From positions 248,001 through 312,000 of the forward strand of contig CBFFRP010000069.1 of NCBI GenBank assembly GCA_965644295.1: a stretch of 64,000 nucleotides of DNA, in the 5' to 3' direction. Shown piece by piece: positions 38,028 through 50,216 of the stretch. The stretch is from Paraphysomonas bandaiensis. Its lineage: Eukaryota > Protista > Chrysophyceae. The notes beneath the pieces are model-generated. The model searched no databases and was not told the DNA's origin. It saw only the letters and a program-made list of their open reading frames with translations. The position numbers were made by a program, and so were the translations under genes. Positions within the stretch are counted from its first letter, which is position 1; each line of letters starts with the position of its first letter.

Positions 38028-40547
38028 GGAAGGGGGGGCTCTATTATGAACCGTTTTTTGGCCATTTTCATCGCTCATATAGTCAACCTTTAAATTCATG
38101 ACTTATCAATCTGAGCATATCATGAGATCAGGCTTTCTCTCAACTTAATTTCATATTATTTGATCAGCTTCTCTCATAATTTGGTTCTGATGTTATAGCC
38201 CGCCAAAGTGAACACCTTAAGGCGATTTTCAGTCGTTCAAAAAAACAGGTCCCCTATTATGAACCATTTTCAAAACGCAGAGTTGACAGGCATATTCACA
38301 TTATTACACATATCTCAACACATATACTAATAGTGCAGACATGTTTCATGACAGTTAGACTAATATTATACTGCTTGACACGCCTGTGTGCTCTGATCCT
38401 TGTAATTCATTCTACGTCTACAGATATTGTAGAGTTTATGTGATTCGTCGAGTTTGTGATTCATGAGTGTCATATCTGTAGTGTGACTCTATACCCACTT
38501 ATATGTGTTAAAATAGAACTAGTACCATTGTTTTGAATTAATCAGAAGTTTATTTTACTCCATGGCGCCTATGCCGAAGCCATATTCATGTGATAATCCA
38601 AATGTAACAAATCCATAGACCCTAATAGCAAGAGACCCGCAGTCCTGTCGAGATTCTCTAGAAACGTTAGGAGTAATGTAAATGTTGATAGACTTACTAG
38701 GTAAACCTTCCAGACTATTCATTGGTCGTTTGGTGACAATGTAGAATGTAGAGCCCCGTTGCAGTCGTATTTGTATATGTAGGATATAGTAGGACACTGA
38801 GGCACTATTCAACTACCCATTAGTAACTACCTGGCTGGCATTCTTAACATGCACTAATAAAAACTTGGTAATTAAAAGTGTCTACTCTCAGTCAATCACA
38901 TATCATATTATATTAAAGGTAATAATCGAAAAGATAAACAACTCATGTTAATTAATCATATAAAAAGTAAAGCTCATCGCAAAGATACTAATAAATAAAT
39001 CATACACAAATTTCTCACACCATGATGTCACATACAAGGTTTCCATCCACTAAATTCAAACTTGCTAACCGCACCTTCATCGGCGATTCCAATAATGCAA
39101 GCAGGTAGGCTTAGTTCCCGGCTTGATTAGGGCGCTATTTGATTCAGATGACCTGGGGAGTACGACTATCAATGACTAGAGAATATCGACCGCTTCATAT
39201 GTCCAATTGAAGGTGGAAATTTCGTGGATAGATTATATGACGCGATTGTATTACCACCTCCTGATTTATGAGGGTATTCTTCGCCTTCTCATTTACAGTC
39301 TCCTTTCATAGGCTGACGGTTTTGAAAACCCTTCGCCAGGGGTCGAAGCCGATCTCATCCAAGTCTTCAACATCCTCTCCATCTGGCCTACCCTTGGGGA
39401 GAGCGCCTGAGTGAATGCAGTCAGCCATATCCATAAGCAACTTCCGAGTCATAGTGCTTTGCTGTGTCGGATCTGCGGCCTCAGCACGCCTGAACCACAT
39501 CTCAAAAGCCTTGCTAATTGTTGACCTGGTGTTCTCCAACCAGTCATAATCCTTCAGTATTAAGAAGTTATCCTTTAAAAAGTTCTCCTTTAAAAAGTTC
39601 TCCCCGCATTTGGCCTTCCTGTGACGTTCAGACTGATTCGTAGCGACCCCCCCGTTCGCCCCACAGAAAGCATCCGCATATTGGTGGCAGCATTACACTG
39701 CGAATTCTCATATATCGCTTCTTTGACTATACCCATAACCAGCATGGTCATGGAGGTCGAACGTCACTGCCATCAATTCCCGTCAAGACGTGATGACAGG
39801 AGGGGGGGTGGTCCGGAGAGAGGAAACTGCAACTCGTCGATGACACTGGCCAACAAAAGTGATTAGACTCGTCTTCCACAAAAGCGTTCATAACCGATAT
39901 AGATTCCATATCGAGTCATACCCGAAGAAGCCTTAAATCCCTCGTCAGAGTAGAAAATGGAACTCCAAAGTGCTCCAGGATTTCGCTCCACTTCATTTAG
40001 CCAATAACGCGGGATTTAGGGCTGCCATACGTTCCTCAAGTTAGTGGACCTTCCAGCTTGATAGAATATTAATGTCAGGGAGGGATTTGGCAGCTGCTCT
40101 GATGGTCCGCTCAGGAGCCCGGGAGGAGCCTGAATTAAGGTGATCTGTAGAAGGGAGTGCCCCAAACAACCTATTCACAACCCTTTTTACGGGTACAGAT
40201 ACAGGCATACTTCCAGGCTTAGTCGCTTTCATCACTGATGCAATTATATGATTATGGAGGGGGCGGGTCGCTTGCATCGTGCTGCTAATGGTGGGAGGCC
40301 ACCATGAGGATTCATGTCACTTATCTCTATAAATATGAGATGAGAGTGGGATCTGAAGGGGCCAGTGTGTCAAGCATACTCAAGTTAGTCTAAGCATGTG
40401 ACCGTATATACGAATACAGACGCTGCCAGCACTTCATTCGAGGAAATAGTGATCGAAGTCCACAAATCTTCCAACTTCGTTTTCAGAAAATGGTTCATAA
40501 TAGGGTCCAAAAAAATCAAAATGGTTCATAATAGAGCCCCCCCTTCC
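38028..40547 (-). mobile_element. Decayed TIR DNA transposon, probably pogo/Tc1-mariner superfamily, 2520 bp
   Basis: Perfect 25-bp TIR GGAAGGGGGGGCTCTATTATGAACC / GGTTCATAATAGAGCCCCCCCTTCC; TA TSD; subterminal ctattatgaacc copies at ~38253 and ~40490; minus-strand fragments AGYGYS and LDEIGFDP resembling the pogo HTH and first catalytic Asp. Confidence 0.8.
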
Positions 40548-40892
40548 TAGTACGTACCGTATACATACACACATACCCCTATAGATTGTACGTACCGTAT
40601 ATAGAATAGTATACATACGCACATACCCCTATAGATTGTACGTACCGTATATAGAATAGTATACATACGCACATACCCCTATAGATTGTACGTACCGTAT
40701 ATAGTATAGTATACATACGCACATACCCCTATAGATTGTACGTACCGTATATAGTATAGTATACATACACACATACCCCTATAGTATACATACGCACATA
40801 CCCCTATAGATTGTACGTACCGTATATAGTATAGTATACATATACACATGCCCCTATAGATAGTACGTACCGTACATAGGGGTATGTGTGCA
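40548..40892. repeat. 50-bp minisatellite, right part (~6.5 units)
   Basis: Direct tandem copies of the 50-bp unit continue the array interrupted by the transposon. Confidence 0.9.
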
Positions 40893-41200
40893 TCTATATG
40901 TCTGTATATCTGGAAACTTCATTGGAACGATACTTCAATTCAACCCTACGCACTTCTCTCCACTCTACCATATACGGTATAAAGTTACTCTACATACGTA
41001 CATATGAAGTACTTCTTTATCCATCTATCTAGACATACATACATACATACCTTAACAACATCACTCATACTCCACCATACCACTTGATCTACTATATAAA
41101 ACAATCAAACATTCATTGATTTCATATTCTGATCATATCCAGTCATATATCAACCATTCTTTTCATATGATAAGTCTATAGATAACGTTATATAGTTGCA

Positions 41201-43326
41201 ATGGCTCCATCTAAACAATCGAAAGAGAAACATAAGATAGAGAAGGTTATCCCTTATAATCGACATAATTCATTACGTACAATGATGAATTTATTCCCAT
41301 TTCGTTTGTTTTCTATACAATGGAATGATAATATATGGAATGGTGTGTTAAAGATGAAGGACAGTATGATGCATAGTATGATGCTACGAGCTGTGGGGCA
41401 TACCATACAGTCACAGGGGGGTACAATACAGTCAGAGGATGGTATGTTACAGTCGCAGGGGGGTACAATACAGTCTCAGGGGGATGCAATACAGTCAGAG
41501 GATGGTATGTTACAGTCACAGGATGGTATGTTACAGTCTCAGGGGGGTACAATACAGTCAGAGGAGGGTATGTTACAGTCTCAGGGGGTTGTGTCACAGT
41601 CACAGGCCCATACAACGCAGTCACAGGGGGGTATATCAGATCAACATATCACACAAACAATTAATACCAGAGAGAAATATTTAACACCATTTCATTTTAT
41701 ACCAATTGATGTGTTCAATGATTATCTCACAAGATATTTGACTCTACAAGATATTGTAGCGCTTCGATCAACATGTAGAAGTGCACAAGATCTCGTTGAA
41801 ATGAGTTCAAGATCTTATGCTGATTTGCTTCTTATTCAGCACCGAAAAGTTGCTCCAATCTGTGTGGGGACGTTTGAGAACCGCACTATATATTCTCTTC
41901 CTCCACCTACTACTTCGAGCAGTTTGCCAGTCGTCTGTACTTTAGTGCATTTTGGAAGTCTTTTATCACAGCAACGCATGTGTGTCGATGCCAATTATAT
42001 GGCAACAGTGCAATGCTCTGAAAACTTGGGAGCACTCCAGTTTCTGGATGAGAATATGCGGGCAAGTGTAGTGGATTGGATGGTCGAGGTGTCAGTTGAA
42101 TTTTCATTGGCTCCCGCCGTCCTTCATTGTGCTGTACAACTCCTCGATTTTATATTGGCCTGTGTTCCCGTTCCCCGTTCCAAATTTCAGCTTCTAGGGT
42201 GTACGTGTCTCCTTATAAGGTCTAGGCCTGTTGGTGATGGACGAGGAATGGGTGCTAGTCTACCAGGGTCCTTTTCGATGTCGGAGTCAGACGTAGTATA
42301 TATGTGCGACTCACAGTATTCTGTCGAAGAAGTGACAGATATCGTGACTTTTATCGACCTTCACAAGGGTAAGGCTAAGCCAAATGCTGCACCATATTTC
42401 GACGAAAGGGACAGAAAACTCATCCTGCTAGCAGTCCAGGAGAACAAATCCATTCCTTTCGTACCACCTTTCACCTTCAAGCGTAACGTCAGTGCTCTAA
42501 ACACTGCATTGGCCCCGACTACGTTGTCATTCTTGGCCGTTTTGTGCTCCCTTCTCCGATTACCACTAGTTATGCACCCTCATTTGGAAATCGATGTATC
42601 ACGCTATCCAACTCATGAAGAACACAATCCCCGTGAGTCTCCGACATCTGCAGAGCATGTACTCCTTGCTCTATTTCTCGCTGACTTGTCTCTGATAGAC
42701 TACGCGATGCTGCAATTTTCCCCTTTTACAATTGCATGTTCAGTGGTGTGCCTTACTCGACTAACTTTGCACTATTATTCCACGGGACAGATGCTTTTGA
42801 CTCCGTACGGGGTGGCAGACGGGCGATCACGAGAGGTGAAACAACTCATACGTACAACTTGCAGACGACTGTATATTGATTGCGACGACAGCTACATAGA
42901 CAATCCATTTGGATGCGTATGGCTTGAGAAGTTTATATTGAGCAATGCGCCGGAGAAGCGGGCAGTACGACAATGCATTAAGCGCTTGTGGATGCTTCAC
43001 ACAGGTGTGGGCTCGTGATTGTATTTACTTTTATCCACTAACTGATCTGCTACACAGACTACTTTGGACATATTTACCATCGTGTTACACATGGCGACTA
43101 CACTCCTATGGTACTGCATTATCACTCTCATATGTTCGCTGGTATCAGAGAAAAGTTTGCAGCCCGTGGTAGCAATAGAGATAGGGTATGGCAGAAGCTG
43201 AGAACCCTACAATGGAACGATCTCCAGAGCTTGTTAGACAGGTCAGTAGTATACAGTTTTTCGCCTTTCCCCTGTTTTACCTTTATATGCAGAATATTTG
43301 GCATAGACATGGCAGGTGTGTCTTAG
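41201..43326 (+). CDS. Cyclin with N-terminal F-box-like motif and QSQGG heptapeptide repeats
   Basis: F-box-like FHFIPIDVFNDYLTRYLTLQDIVALRSTCR; cyclin box MRASVVDWMVEV...LHCAVQLLDFIL...KFQLLGCTCLLI; cyclin C-fold FLADLSLIDYAMLQFSPFTIACSVV; two short 3' introns (~43004-43056, ~43242-43292). Confidence 0.82.
41405..41635 (+). repeat. 21-bp coding tandem repeat (QSQGGTI / QSEDGML)
   Basis: About 11 units of cagtc..agg..ggta...ta in frame in the cyclin ORF. Confidence 0.9.
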
Positions 43327-43489
43327 TTCTGCTGTGAAGAGCCCTAATTAGTGATAGTTGTTTATATTTTAAGTGATTTCTCATAAGTTTTTTTTCTCAA
43401 ACGCTACTGTATTTAACTAATCATATATTTGCTCTATTGTTTGCACTGACTGCTTTTTAGACTTTTTCTGTTTTCTGGCCATTTTATTT

Positions 43490-43783
43490 TATTAGAATAT
43501 GGATCTTATTCTAGTATATTCAGTATGTCACTTGAAGACAATGTACGAGAATACAGTGAAATATAGTGATGTACAAATGCTGTGATGATATTGAGAAACT
43601 GAAATAGTTTGATCTTTCAAGATATGTTCAGTAACGAGAGGTTCGCATATGTAGGATATTATGCAGGGATTATAATGAGTTAGTGTTGGTTATCACAACT
43701 TCGTGTAAACGATATTAATAAATCTATCTAGTCTTACGACAAATTCTCTCTGTGATCTAGTGTAAAATGAGCGTTTCTCAATA
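43490..43783 (+). repeat. Copia 5' LTR
   Basis: tattagaatatgg...gtttctcaata, identical to 57338-57631. Confidence 0.95.
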
Positions 43784-46700
43784 TGGTAGCGAGCGAGGAG
43801 GAGAGAAGGAGGATAGAGGAGTAGTGCCACAGTTTAATGAGAGCAATGTTGAACAATGGATTGAAGACTTCGAAACGTTCCTCATGAGGAAAGAGCAAAG
43901 TGAAGTAGCGGTGGAGCCACCACCGAAGGAAAGCGACTTTGGGGAACAGCCACTCACGTTAATGGAGGAGAAGTCTTACAGACAGGCTGTGAAGAAGTAC
44001 TGGAAGGCGAATGCCATAGCGTATTCGTACTGCAGAGAGGCAGTGCAAACATCTTCGAAGGCGCTTCAGAAATTCCATCTTCTACATAAAGGGTTCAAGG
44101 CTGATGGAAAAGGAAGCAACAGGTTTAAGGCGCATATTATGATTGATGAGTTGAAGAAGTGCTTTGCTGGAGGGAAGCAAAACAAGATCAGTGAGCTGTT
44201 GACTCAGTATGGATCTTTCCGTATGCGTCCGGAGGAGACTGCGAAGGACTATATAATACGGTTTGAAATACTGCTGAAAGAGCTACAGGAGCAGCAGCAG
44301 GACATATCGGAGCTCTCAAAAATAACACGGTTACGAGAAGGTCTGTTGAATGAAGAATATGCTCCTCTGAATGTTGCTTTGTACTTGATGCCTGATGATG
44401 TTGATTATGCAACATTATCAAGGAAGATAGAAAGGTATGATGATACCATTCCTGGAAGGATTGCGTTAGAGCGGAAACGCAAGAAGGTGGAGGAGCTGAA
44501 TTTCATTGAAAAGAGCAAACGGTCTCGAACAGAACGGGATAAGCGTAAGAAGGGCAACTGTAGATATTGCAGGAAAGAAGGAATTCCTCATAGCCATTCA
44601 ACTGAACAGTGCAGGAGGAAGCAGAGGAAGAAGGATGGAGAGATATCAGGGCAGCGTCCTGGAAGTGCTGCGTATACGGGATGCAGAAATTGCAAGTCTC
44701 TGGAACATCTTGCTGCTGATTGTCCAACGACGAAGAAAAAGCATTCTAGAAGAGGAGAGAAAGGGAAGAATCATGGTAGGAAGCCGGACAAAAGGCTGCT
44801 GACAGTAGAGAATATACGGCGTGGAGAACCAGCAGAATTCTCTGATGAAGATGAAGCAAATATGATCGAGGATGTTATGAAATTGTCATGCAATATACAT
44901 GAAACGAATATATGTAGTGTAAATGATGACATGCATTATACATATATTGACACCTGCTGTTCATCATCAATGTTCTTGATGAATGATGTGACCATGCTTG
45001 ACACTCATATGAATACATCAAAGGTGATAAACGGCTCTAAGAAGGGATCAGAGATTCATATCACAAGTGTGGGATCCCGTGGAGCATGGAGAGACATAGA
45101 AATTTCAGATCAGATCAATCGATGCCTGTGCTCCGGACGTAAGCTGAACGAAATGGGCTATCGATTCACGGTGTGGTATGGAATCCAAATTTATGACTGT
45201 AATACTGGTGAACTGGTACTGGAGGGACCCATGAAGAATGGAATGACTGCAGTTCCAACTCAGCAGCTGTTGGAGCTTCCAGATGTGTCTACACCGAGTA
45301 ATTGTGAAGTAAATCTTAGCGATAGGACTGGTGAGGACGAGCTGGAGTTGCTGCATCGGAGAGCGGGTCACTTCAACAAACATGCTTTAGTGGAGGCACA
45401 TAAGAGGATGCTCATCATGGGTACAGGGTTGAAACGAAAACACCTCACAGCCAAGGTACACAAAAATCAGTGTTTGTGTGATGTGTGTGCCAGGTCTAAG
45501 ATAACCCGAGTCAGCTTCCGAACGAAGGACGAGAATTCCGTTAGACCGAATTTTTCAGCAGATATCGCTGTGTACTTAAATTGTCCTGCTAGAGGAGGTG
45601 AGAGGTATGTGTTAAAGATAACGCATCATGCCAGCAAAATGTTCTGGGCGACGGGTTTAGTCCACAGAACTGGGGAAGCAGTCTTAGAAGTCTTCAAAGA
45701 GCTATTTAGAGGAGATGTTAAAAGGTACAAGCTCAAGATGGAGCACTATCATGCAGATGGTGCAGGAGAGTTAATCAGTGAAGAGCTGCGTCAGTATCTT
45801 AGGACACAGGAGTGCTATCAACATACGTGGAGCTCAACAGACTCTCCAGAAATGAATGCCATAGAGGAGAGGAAGTTCAGAACTGCTGGAGAGATGACTC
45901 TTGCAATGCTAATCTTATATGTCTCCTATAGAGTTTCTAACGGGTGAGCCTCCAAATTTGAGATATCTTAGGGTATGGGGGTGTCGAACTTATGTTCTTT
46001 CACCGAAGGCGGATCGACGAAAGGATTGGGAGGATAAGGCTCTAGTTGGATATTTAATGGGTTACTCTGATGAGAAGGTAGGATACCATGTATATCTTCC
46101 TGAATCAAACAAGGTGGTGACTACAGTCCATATATTGACTGATGAGTCAACGCCATCACGATCGGAGAAGTATTTCGCAGAGATTGATGCTCTTCGAGTG
46201 CGGGAGGCCGCTAGACCCAAGCTTGCATCCGACTATGTCAGCTTAGAAGGAACGTAACATATTGATGATGAGGACGGACTTCTGTATAAGACAACAAGAG
46301 TTGTAGAACGTAAAAGGGTGTGATTGTAGCATACCATTCACTTGTTACTGCAGGTCGTGAGCATATAGAGCACCGGGTGCCTATACACGTCGAAGACGTG
46401 GTGCGTATGACTGCAGAAACCCCCGGGAATACCGGGTACATAGGAAAGGGGGACGCCCTGAGTACTACGCCAGCCAGGGAGCTGGACCAGGGAAGACCTG
46501 GAGGGTTCCAGGAGAGTCCTGACCCAACCTGTCAACAGACAGTCGTGAGGTTGCAGACCTTGACAGACCGTGGGTCTGGGGATGCGAGCGGGGCTCCTCC
46601 CACACCGCAAGATTTGCGGGCTCAGGATGAGCAAGGTATGGGTTCGTATATATCTACTAGACGACCTATTGAACTAGATGGTGATGGTCGTGTACGGCGG

Positions 46701-46897
46701 AAACGGCTACAGCGTAGGTTGGCGAACGCATCGGTGTTAGGAGAAATAAATATGGTTGAGGTGCCAGATGCATGCACTGTTAACTTTAAACATGCAGAGT
46801 TTCAACATGATGACTTTAAGATACCAGACTCCTATGCTGAAGCGGAGAGATCTCCACAGTACATGAAGTGGCGAGAAGCTCGGAAGGTGGAGAAGAC
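43767..46897 (+). pseudogene. Copia gag-protease-integrase, disrupted
   Basis: Zinc knuckle CRNCKSLEHLAADC, protease YIDTCCS, LHRRAGH...CDVC, integrase ADIA/HADGAGE/EERKFR, LRVWGC. Deletion/frameshift near 45915, stop at 46255, frameshift at ~46315. Confidence 0.88.
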
Positions 46898-47902
46898 TGT
46901 GACCACGTGGCATTTCCCATGCCCTATCTACGTGGCTATAGTATCACGCTATTGAGTCACATGCATGGTTACATTGACTTTTAGGACCCTATGTTGGTTT
47001 AAGACCCTATATCAGGATCCTATACATGGCTTTAGGACCTTCATTGTGTTCAGGATACATATTATGCAACACCATTTGGACATTGGTAATGTACCACAGT
47101 GTACCTACATATTGAGCCAACGTTCGGGTATGATGTCCAATTTTATCTGCTGATGATGATGTACGACTATGATCTGCTGCTGGTGACTTCGGTCGATGTG
47201 AAACCTGCTGCAAATTTATATCAAAGTTATGTGGGCCCGTATTCCTGTGTAGCAGTTGCAGTATATACTTCCATATACATACATACATGTATTACCCGTA
47301 CTACCCTATAGGGGGGCAAATACATGTGACCATCACAGGAGAGAAGTCGCTATTATACACTTGAGGTGCACGAGTGTTCATGCAAGGCTTATTGGGGTTC
47401 GATTGCAAATGTGGTGTGCGTACTATACGTACTATATGTACCGTATTTATGTATTTCCTGGATTATGGGGTTTTCAGTCTCTGGTAGGGTATAGATACGT
47501 AGTATACGGTGTACTCTCGGCATATGGTGGTGAGCCATTCCCTATCAGGTTGCTGTGTATTTTCAGTTTTGATTGAAGAGTTGCGCAACCTGTGGTGGTG
47601 TGATGACACCACGTGTGTTGCACTATGTTAGGAGTGTGTGTGTGTGCATATATGCTCCTGTGGTGTTTATCACTTGTTTTAAGTTAGACCAAAGCTTGGT
47701 GCTAGTGATCTTGGGTGCCAGCGGTATACCATTGCGCGGTGACTCTTCGCGGGAGTCACTAACTGAGTTTAGGTCTAAACTTGGAAAAAAGTGTTTTAAT
47801 AATAATACCGTTATTACTGTGCTTGTTGGTTCAGTGTAGGTGTTGTTGTAGTTTTATTGTTTACGAGCCAACACCCTGGTTATCAAACCGGGTGTTGTTA
47901 TA
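46898..47902 (+). repeat. Gypsy 5' LTR
   Basis: tgtgaccacg...ggtgttgttata; ~98% identical to 54386-55392. Confidence 0.95.
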
Positions 47903-48404
47903 GTAAATATTTACTTTACTGCTCGTACAGAAATTTCTGTCTTTGCGCTGTTGTTTCACACTCTTATAAGAAACTAACTGCGACACGCTTCTTTGGGCTT
48001 GATTCTTTGGGTTTGTTGTCTGTTGCCTTCGGTTGCCTGTGGTTGTTGGTTGTCTGTTGTTCTCTGGGTGTGAGTTGTCAGTAGTTGTTCTCTAGGCTCT
48101 TTGTTCAGTGGTGATTGTTTGATACACAGTGTGGTGACTGGGGAAATTCGGTTCTTTTCGAAGTCAATCGACCGTGGATACCGCCTGTGTGTTAACTGTT
48201 GTCACTTGTACAAATCCGACGGGTTCAACGGGTTTGAGTGTTGAGTTTTTGGATTCTTACGCAGGGTTGTCTTTGGGATTTGTCTTGGTGTGTTGTTGAG
48301 ATCTGGGTCAGTGGTTCTAGGAGTTGCCAGGGTTGCTTGTCTCAGTGTGTTAGGGAAAGGTTTGGTGGATATAGTCTTTAAGGCGGAAGTTCTTCTCAGT
48401 AACC

Positions 48405-50216
48405 ATGTCAACTCCGACTGGTAAAACGAGGAGAGGCGGCAAGAAAACTCCTGGGAAAGATCAGGAAGCCGCTGGTGGTAGTGGTGAAACCAAACAAGAC
48501 GCTGCTGGAGGTGTGCAGGATGTTGTTCAGGAGTCTTCTGCTCCAAACATCAATCCAAACCAGGAGATTTTGGATACAGTTCGTGCCATGTCTCAGTCTT
48601 TTACAGAGGTGGCTACTGCAGTGTCTAACCTCAGCAGCAGGATGCAAATATTGGAGAATAGAGTACAAAATGTTGAGGATGGTGAGAGCAGTCAGTCTCA
48701 GGCTTCTGTGGGCTCACATCAGCGGCAAAAGGTTACCAAGCGCACGTCGAAACACAAACGTCAGCCGAGGTATTCCACTCTGGAAAACATGGCTAAGTTT
48801 CGCATTATTCCTCAGGAGGAAGATAGCAACAAGGAGGACGATGGTTCGAATCCCGATGTTGATGGTGATGGTGTTAATGATGTGCCTACCCTCATGGATA
48901 ACATCTTTAAGGGCAAGAAAGCGGGCAAGTTATTCAGGGATTTGAAGAAAAGTTCTGAGGTGGCTAGTGCCAAAACAGTTACCATAACTAGAGAGGAAAG
49001 GAGGTGTCATGTTCGCATCAATGACTTTAAGTTGGGTAAAGTGGCGAAGGCGATCAAAGACATCTTAGAGTTTCAAGAGCAAGAAGAAACTGAGGTGCGA
49101 ATTCAAAAGGTACTTTCAACCAGTTTGAAGGCACATCTGCGGAATGTGTACAGCATCACACATGCGCAGCTGGCACAAATGGATGTTTCGGATTTGCTTC
49201 TCATTGTGGCTCAGGAGACCAAGGTGTTCAATTGCGTGGCATTTTATAATGAACTCAGAGATTCCTTGAAACATATCCAGATCATGGACTGGAAGTATGT
49301 AAATGCTGTGACTTTTGAGGCATTCTATCATCAGCAATTGAACTTGATGCAGTCGTTCCAAACAATGTTGTCTATCATGTTGGTCTCAAACAAAACATGG
49401 TGTCCTCGTATCGATGACAAAGAGTACGGATTGATAAGACTCTTTAAGACTTTGAATGACGGGACCTATGTTAAGTATGTGTTGGGGTGCATGTCGACTA
49501 ATAAATTTGACTCTATGAGCGAATTTTTCAAAGAGTATTCGGCTGTACTCTTGGATCATTATCAAGTAACCATCGCGTACCGACAGTTACCTATGGAGTC
49601 GACTACGATGTTTCAACAGAAGCACGAGGACTATCTTAAGAGGAGAAAGGAACTATTCTCTCAACAGTCCAACAAACCTTCGTTGAACAGTCGTGTTGAT
49701 TCTAAACCAAGGGTTTCGCAAGTGTCACATCTAGATACTTACGATGAGTCTGGAGGAAACTATAACGATGAGTGGGATGATAATGATGGGTATGTACCCA
49801 ATGATGATGATTTGTGGGATGCTCCGAGTGAGACTTGGCGGTCCAGCAATCTGGAGGTACATGACGATAAACAAGTCGCTATGATGACAGATGTGAAACC
49901 AATGTCGGGTAAGGACGCAGCAGTTGATGAGGAGCGTCGTGTTAACTCTGATAGGTCTCTGTCAGCCATGCATTCCAGACCAACTGGTGCTCAGAATAAT
50001 AAGACCGATAAGTATGGGTGTCTTAGGAAAATCATGTATGGCAAATGCGACAAAACAGACTGTCCTTATAATCATAATGCGAAATGTCTGTTGGATTCTG
50101 CGTCCGAAATGCGGGACAAGATCGATGCGTATCTTAAGTCTGCGGGAAGTTCGGAGCAGAGGGACAAACAACCAACCATCTTGAGGAGGGATCACTTCGG
50201 TGATTCCCGCCCTTGA
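48405..50216 (+). CDS. gag: Gypsy Gag-like protein (603 aa)
   Basis: First long ORF after the 5' LTR; C-terminal CCCH-type motif CLRKIMYGKCDKTDCPYNH; in frame with pol. Confidence 0.75.
   Translation: MSTPTGKTRRGGKKTPGKDQEAAGGSGETKQDAAGGVQDVVQESSAPNINPNQEILDTVRAMSQSFTEVATAVSNLSSRMQILENRVQNVEDGESSQSQASVGSHQRQKVTKRTSKHKRQPRYSTLENMAKFRIIPQEEDSNKEDDGSNPDVDGDGVNDVPTLMDNIFKGKKAGKLFRDLKKSSEVASAKTVTITREERRCHVRINDFKLGKVAKAIKDILEFQEQEETEVRIQKVLSTSLKAHLRNVYSITHAQLAQMDVSDLLLIVAQETKVFNCVAFYNELRDSLKHIQIMDWKYVNAVTFEAFYHQQLNLMQSFQTMLSIMLVSNKTWCPRIDDKEYGLIRLFKTLNDGTYVKYVLGCMSTNKFDSMSEFFKEYSAVLLDHYQVTIAYRQLPMESTTMFQQKHEDYLKRRKELFSQQSNKPSLNSRVDSKPRVSQVSHLDTYDESGGNYNDEWDDNDGYVPNDDDLWDAPSETWRSSNLEVHDDKQVAMMTDVKPMSGKDAAVDEERRVNSDRSLSAMHSRPTGAQNNKTDKYGCLRKIMYGKCDKTDCPYNHNAKCLLDSASEMRDKIDAYLKSAGSSEQRDKQPTILRRDHFGDSRP

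Noticed and set aside
40548-40892. Regular repeats resembling a CRISPR array
   Set aside because: Head-to-tail 50-bp units with no unique spacers, no cas genes, and a eukaryotic context.
46965-47839. Short ORFs repeated at 54453-55329
   Set aside because: They lie in the Gypsy LTRs and are duplicated only because the LTRs are; no coding signal.
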